A DNA stretch of 64,000 nt, taken from the NCBI GenBank assembly GCA_963797095.1, contig CAWCNY010000005.1, positions 256,001 to 320,000 on the forward strand. The letters run 5' to 3'. The position numbers and the translations under genes were made by a program. The notes under the pieces are model-generated. The model saw nothing but the letters and a program-made list of their open reading frames with translations, ran no database searches and was not told the origin of the DNA. Below are positions 58,979 to 64,000 of this stretch, piece by piece. The DNA is from an uncultured Chloroflexia bacterium. GTDB lineage: Bacteria > Chloroflexota > Chloroflexia > QHBQ01 > JADMIH01. Each line of letters begins with the position of its first letter. Within the stretch, counting starts at the first letter, position 1.

Positions 58979-60829
58979 TTGAAAAGCACCAAGCGTGTCC
59001 TGACAACCGCCCTGATGGCCACATTGGTCCTTCCGGCAGTGTCATTTTACGGCTCCCGCCCCGCCGCCGCCGCCGACTTTGCCGACCCCGCGTTCCAGGC
59101 AGTCTGGAACCGCACCGACAAACTCGTCGCTGACAGCCAGGTCAACCGTTCCTGGTACTGGGGCCCCACTCCAGGCGAAACCAAAATGGAATCCTATGCC
59201 GAAGGCCAGGGAGGCGAGAGGCTTGTCCAATATTTCGACAAGTCCCGCATGGAGATCAACGATCCCACAGCCGACCCCACCGACCCCTTCTACGTCACCA
59301 ACGGCCTCCTTACCGTCGAGCTTATCTCCGGCAAGATGCAGACCGGTAACAGCCGCTACGAAACCCGCTACCCCGCCAACATCCCCCTCGCCTCCGACAT
59401 CGACGATAAGAACGCCCCCACCTACGCCTCCTTCTCCCTTATCGCCAACAGCCCCCTGGGCGACCACCCCTTCCCCGACCTCACGGGCAACAACGTCACT
59501 CAGGTAGTCAACAAAGCCGGTATCGTTTCCCGCAGCACCGACTTCGATAAGTACGGCGTCAAATTCGGCTACTACAACACCGATACCAAGCACAACATAG
59601 CCGACGTATTTTGGAACTTCCTCAACCAGACCGGACCCGTCCTTGGCACCGATGGCAACACCACCGATGCTAAGCTCTCTGACCCCTGGTACTACACCAC
59701 CGGCTTCGCCATCTCCGAGCCTCTATGGGCTAAAGTCAAGATCGCCGGGAAGCAAGAAGACGTGCTCATCCAACTCTTCGAGCGCCGCGTCCTCACCTAC
59801 ATCCCCAGCTACGCCCCCGAATGGCAGGTCCAGATGGGCAACATCGGCGCTCACTACTATGACTGGCGCTACAATGACGCCGGCAAGCGCGCCTCCCAGG
59901 CTGTCACAGTCACCCCCGTCAAGCCCGCAGCAGGCGAGCTTGGCTCCGCCGAGAACCCCATCAAAATGGCCTTCGTCCCCTCCTCCAACACCACCGGCGT
60001 GCTGGCAAACGGCACACCCCTCGGCCAGCTTCTCGGCCAGATCACAGGCTATGAGTTCAAGGTCTCCGTTCCTACCTCCTACGCCGCCGTCATCGAAGCT
60101 ATGGGCTCCGACAACGTTGATGTAGCATGGCTCGCCCCCTTCTCCTACGCCCTCGCCAATCAGAAATACGGAGCGCAAGTCATCCTTGGCACTGTGCGTT
60201 TGGGGCAGGTCACCTACCCCTCCGTCTTCATCACAGCCGACCCCAATATCAACACCATAGCCGACTTCAAAGGCAAGAAATTCGCCTTCGTTGACCCGGC
60301 TTCCGCTTCCGGCTACCTCTACCCAACCGCCTACCTCAAGAACGCAGGCCTCGTCACAGGCTCCCCGCCCAACCTCGAAGCCTTCTTCGGCAGCGGTAAC
60401 GTAGTCTTCGCCGGTGGACACGACAAAGTCGCTACCGCCGTCTACAACGGACAGGTATCAGGCGGCGCTGTCTTCGGCGGCCCCTTCAACTCACTGACAG
60501 GCCAGCCCACCGATGCGCGCACCCTTATCCGCTCCACCTACCCGGACGTCCTTAGCAAAGTCCGGATCATCGGCGAAACCCAGCAGATCCCCAACGATAC
60601 CGTGTCGGTTCGCAAGGGTCTCCCCGCTGATATGGTCCAGCAGATCCAGAACGGACTCCTTCAGCTAGCCCAAACCACAAAGGGCCATCAACTCCTCTAC
60701 AACCTCTATCAGATCGATGACCTTTCACCCACTACCGACGCCTTCTACGATCCGCTACGCCAGGTGGCTGAGGACGCGGGCATCACCAACTTCGAAGCCC
60801 TCTTCCCAACCCCCACGCCGAAGCCCTAA
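58979..60829 (+). CDS. Fusion of a Chloroflexi-type secreted N-terminal domain and a PhnD-family phosphonate/phosphite/phosphate-binding domain
   Basis: N-term 'F..VW.RTD', 'RSWYWGP', 'QYFDKSRMEI', 'QLFERRVLTY', 'GNIG.HY'; C-term 'Y.AVIEAM', 'FVDPASASGYLYP', 'GGHD', 'IPND'. Confidence 0.85.
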   Translation: MKSTKRVLTTALMATLVLPAVSFYGSRPAAAADFADPAFQAVWNRTDKLVADSQVNRSWYWGPTPGETKMESYAEGQGGERLVQYFDKSRMEINDPTADPTDPFYVTNGLLTVELISGKMQTGNSRYETRYPANIPLASDIDDKNAPTYASFSLIANSPLGDHPFPDLTGNNVTQVVNKAGIVSRSTDFDKYGVKFGYYNTDTKHNIADVFWNFLNQTGPVLGTDGNTTDAKLSDPWYYTTGFAISEPLWAKVKIAGKQEDVLIQLFERRVLTYIPSYAPEWQVQMGNIGAHYYDWRYNDAGKRASQAVTVTPVKPAAGELGSAENPIKMAFVPSSNTTGVLANGTPLGQLLGQITGYEFKVSVPTSYAAVIEAMGSDNVDVAWLAPFSYALANQKYGAQVILGTVRLGQVTYPSVFITADPNINTIADFKGKKFAFVDPASASGYLYPTAYLKNAGLVTGSPPNLEAFFGSGNVVFAGGHDKVATAVYNGQVSGGAVFGGPFNSLTGQPTDARTLIRSTYPDVLSKVRIIGETQQIPNDTVSVRKGLPADMVQQIQNGLLQLAQTTKGHQLLYNLYQIDDLSPTTDAFYDPLRQVAEDAGITNFEALFPTPTPKP

Positions 60830-60954
60830 AACCCACTCAAACAATGACGGACATGAAACGTCCCGAATTCCACGAGCAGGTCTACAAGCGTGGTCCATCT
60901 CTAACCAGGAGACAATCCGAACTTTAGATGCAGCTTAGCATGCGTGCAATCTAC

Positions 60955-61005
60955 TTCTAAAACAAGCAAAATGGCGGCTTCGCCGCCATTTTGCTTGTTT
61001 TAGAA
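60955..61005. repeat. Perfect 24-bp inverted repeat
   Basis: TTCTAAAACAAGCAAAATGGCGGC-TTC-GCCGCCATTTTGCTTGTTTTAGAA. Confidence 0.95.
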
Positions 61006-61129
61006 AGCCCCTCCCGAAAATTTGGGGGGTTGGGGTGGGTCTTTGGTACGCATCTTGCAGCCCCAACCACCCACCATCTTCCCATTGATGGTAACTACAC
61101 AAGATCCAACCAAACAGAGGAGATCCAAG

Positions 61130-61570
61130 ATGCCAAAGGCAGATAGAAGCGCCCAGGTACAATGGCAAGGCAGCCTGCTCGAAGGGAGCGGCACCATCAC
61201 AAACACAGGTAGCGGCGCGTTCAGCGCCATCTTCCTCCCCGTCACATGGGCCGCCCGCACCCAGGAATCCAACGGCATGACCAGCCCCGAAGAGCTTATG
61301 GCAATGGCCCAGGCCTCCTGCTTCGCCATGCAGTTCTCCAGCGTGCTCGCCAAAGCGGGCCACCCACCCGCTCAACTCGATGTCAGCGCCATCTGCACAT
61401 TCGACCCCCCCAAAATCACCACCATGAAGATCGACGTGCACGGCAAAGTCTCAGGTCTTGACCAGGCAGACTTCGAGCGCCTGGCCGATCAGGCCGAGCA
61501 ACTCTGCCCGGTCGCCAATGCCATCCGCAACAACGTAGACATCCAGCTTACGGTCCACTTGGATCAATAA
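61130..61570 (+). CDS. osmC: OsmC-family peroxiredoxin
   Basis: 'W.G.L.EG.G', 'TSPEEL.A.A.ASCFAM', 'CPVANA'. SD GAGGAG. Confidence 0.9.
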   Translation: MPKADRSAQVQWQGSLLEGSGTITNTGSGAFSAIFLPVTWAARTQESNGMTSPEELMAMAQASCFAMQFSSVLAKAGHPPAQLDVSAICTFDPPKITTMKIDVHGKVSGLDQADFERLADQAEQLCPVANAIRNNVDIQLTVHLDQ

Positions 61571-61574
61571 CAGC

Positions 61575-61602
61575 AAAGGGGCGGGTATTCAAACCCGCCC
61601 TT
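61575..61602. terminator. Intrinsic terminator between convergent osmC and ispG
   Basis: GGGCGGGT/ACCCGCCC stem flanked by A and T runs. Confidence 0.7.
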
Positions 61603-61621
61603 GCAATTGCCTGGCTGCTCC

Positions 61622-63907
61622 CTAGTGCCTTCCGGCCACAGGCTCAGCCCACTTCCCGTGCGCCTTGATGATATCAATCAGGCGGTCAACCGCCTGCCCG
61701 GTTGGCACACCTTTCTCCACGCACTCCTTCCCCACGAACAGGTTCACCTTGTCCGGCGCGCCCCCCATATACCCGAAGTCCGCATCGGCCAGTTCCCCAA
61801 GCCCGTTCACAATGCACCCCATCACGGCGATCTTCACACCCCTGAGGTGCCCCGTCGCCTTCTTGATCCTCTCCGTTGTCTCCTGCAAATCGAACAGCGT
61901 CCTCCCGCACGAAGGGCAAGCCACAAACTCGGCCTTCACCGTCCGCGCTCCCGCCGCCTGCAACACATTGAACGCCAGCGCCACCCGCTCATCAGCCGTG
62001 CCGCTCCCGTTCACCTCCACGCTGCTCCCAATCCCGTCACAAAGCAGCGACCCCAGCTTCAACGAAGGCCCGATCAGCCACCCATCCGAATTGCTGGCAT
62101 CCGCCTCCCTATCCTCACCCTTTCTAGGCGGCAAACCCCATTCCCCCGTATGCGCGATCAGGTGGATAGGATACTTCCGCCCCCACTCCACCAATCTGCT
62201 CGACAACAACCTGTTGGCCCGCACCATATAGGAAGGCGTCACGTCAAACGCATCTACCGATAGCACCAACCCTCGGTGCCCTAGCGCACGCGCCCGCTGC
62301 GCCATCTCCAACACCAGGTCCACTTCCGGGAATGTCGCGTCGCCTCCAACTACTTCCACGAAATGCGCGCCCACGGGCCTCATATTGGTCGCCTTCAACC
62401 ACAGCGGCACGCGTGCCGCCAGCGCCGCCCGAACGCACTCCTCATATTCCCGCCATCGACCATCATCAAGCAGGCTATCAACACCCAGCTCAATACCGAG
62501 GCCACCCACACCCATCAATTGCGGCGCAATCGCGGCAACTCCGCCAAAATCGCTACCGGCATTCACGATCAGTGCCAGTGCCGACTTGCCCGCCCCAGGG
62601 TCCTCTTCCTCGCTCCGCCTGCGCAGTTCATCCGCAAGCGGCGCAACATCGTCCAATTTCGCTAAAGGCAACCGGATGATATCGGGTCTGATCGCGTTCT
62701 GTCCCTTTCTCTTAGCTAAGTCGGCCACAGTCGCGAACGGATCGATATCCGGCCATCGCAGATCAGCCGAAGCCAGCACATGCACCGCCTGCATCCCCCC
62801 AACCTTCACAGCCCCATTAGCCACCTCGTAAGTAGACCGAGGCATATAATGGTAAGGGTCCCGCAAATCCGGCAACGCCATCCTATCGTCCGCCTTCGTC
62901 CTTCGTCCTTCGCCCTTCGTCAGCACAGCAAGTTCGTTGTACGGCTTCACCAGCGCGAACGCCACCGGGATCTCATACTCCGGGTCCTCCGTCAAAGACA
63001 CTCGCACCGTATCCCCCAACCCATCGTCCAGCAACGACCCGATCCCAGCCGCCGACTTGATCCTTCCATCCTCAGCGTTCCCCGCCTCCGTTACCCCCAG
63101 GTGCAGCGGGTAATCCCACCCAAGCACATCCATCCGCGCCACCAGCAGCCTGTAGGCCGCGATCATCACCTTCGGGTTGCTCGCCTTCATCGAGAAGATC
63201 ACATCATGGTAGTCGTACTTCCTGCAGATCGTCATAAACTCCAGCGCCAACTCCACCATCCCCTCAGGCGTATCCCCGAACCTGTTCATAATCCTATCGC
63301 TAAGCGACCCGTGGTTCGTCCCGATCCTCATCGAGATCCCGCGCTCCTGGCACCTCAACACCACCGGCTTGAACTTCTCCTCGATCCGCGCCAGTTCCTC
63401 TTCATACTCGCTATCCGAGTACTCTCGCACGTTCCACCGCTTCTCGTCCGCGAAGTTCCCAGGGTTGATCCTCACCTTATCCGCATATAGCGCGGCTTCC
63501 ATAGCCGCCGCCGGGCTAAAATGGATATCCGCCACCAGCGGCACATCCACCCCTATCTCCAGCAGCCGCCTCTTGACCTCTCCCAAGGCCCGGGCATCAG
63601 CCGAGGTGGGCGTAGTGACCCTCACGATCTCACACCCAACATCCACCAGCCGCAACGTCTGCGCCAGCGTAGCCTCTACATCCTTCGTCAGCGTGGTAGT
63701 CATACTCTGCACCCGAATTGGGTTATCCCCGCCCACGCCTACTTTACCCACCATAACCTCGCGCGTCTTACGCCGCCTGTAAATATATGGATCGCCCACA
63801 TAAGGCAGCTTCACCGCCCCACCAACTGAACTGAGACCCACTATAGTGCTCACTCTTCTATCCTTCGCCGAATCCCATCGGCCCAAATCTTCTTCATATA
63901 AGTTCAC
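61622..63907 (-). CDS. ispG: HMBPP synthase, long (three-domain) form
   Basis: 'RVQSMTTT', 'LVADIHF', 'RINPGN', 'RIGTNHGS', 'PLHLGVTEAG', 'CPSCGRT', 'AVMGCIVNG.GE', with a central insert of about 300 aa. Confidence 0.93.
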   Translation of the reverse strand: MNLYEEDLGRWDSAKDRRVSTIVGLSSVGGAVKLPYVGDPYIYRRRKTREVMVGKVGVGGDNPIRVQSMTTTLTKDVEATLAQTLRLVDVGCEIVRVTTPTSADARALGEVKRRLLEIGVDVPLVADIHFSPAAAMEAALYADKVRINPGNFADEKRWNVREYSDSEYEEELARIEEKFKPVVLRCQERGISMRIGTNHGSLSDRIMNRFGDTPEGMVELALEFMTICRKYDYHDVIFSMKASNPKVMIAAYRLLVARMDVLGWDYPLHLGVTEAGNAEDGRIKSAAGIGSLLDDGLGDTVRVSLTEDPEYEIPVAFALVKPYNELAVLTKGEGRRTKADDRMALPDLRDPYHYMPRSTYEVANGAVKVGGMQAVHVLASADLRWPDIDPFATVADLAKRKGQNAIRPDIIRLPLAKLDDVAPLADELRRRSEEEDPGAGKSALALIVNAGSDFGGVAAIAPQLMGVGGLGIELGVDSLLDDGRWREYEECVRAALAARVPLWLKATNMRPVGAHFVEVVGGDATFPEVDLVLEMAQRARALGHRGLVLSVDAFDVTPSYMVRANRLLSSRLVEWGRKYPIHLIAHTGEWGLPPRKGEDREADASNSDGWLIGPSLKLGSLLCDGIGSSVEVNGSGTADERVALAFNVLQAAGARTVKAEFVACPSCGRTLFDLQETTERIKKATGHLRGVKIAVMGCIVNGLGELADADFGYMGGAPDKVNLFVGKECVEKGVPTGQAVDRLIDIIKAHGKWAEPVAGRH

Positions 63908-64000
63908 AATCTTTACCTATGTTATACGTCTCAACAAGCACTCAAGTATGAACCTGGCATCTAATGTCTGAGGTATCACGTCTCACGCCTGCAATCCGGG

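Overview
A GC-rich bacterial chromosome segment, most likely Chloroflexota. This is inferred from two secreted proteins with Chloroflexi-type 'QYF(E/D)(R/K)xRxE' repeats, Pro/Thr-rich linkers, T-box and SAM-I riboswitches and abundant 7-bp tandem repeats. It is mostly housekeeping and metabolic: a frameshifted comEC, a glycoside hydrolase, an M1 peptidase, a nucleoside-type ABC transporter, a SAM-I-controlled lysC-metX-transsulfuration operon, an Arg T-box-controlled argG-(DUF1611-like)-argF'-argH operon, an EF-G paralogue, prfA-prmC, cdaR, glmS, a penicillin acylase, tRNA-Thr(CGT), a MerR regulator, a PhnD fusion, osmC and long-form ispG. Mobile DNA comprises an ISAs1 element (10-bp TSD, inactivated by a 20-bp duplication) next to a decayed IS200/IS605 tnpB. 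The standout is a complete 2,472-nt group IIA intron with an intact RT/maturase ORF inserted between positions 38 and 39 of the anticodon loop of a tRNA-Pro(GGG) gene. Its EBS1, EBS2 and delta elements all pair with the tRNA exons, giving a bacterial counterpart of the plastid trnK/matK arrangement. The second lead is an uncharacterised P-loop protein inside an N-acyl-ornithine-type arginine operon that has no adjacent deacylase. All calls come from reading the sequence and recalled family motifs; no searches were run.
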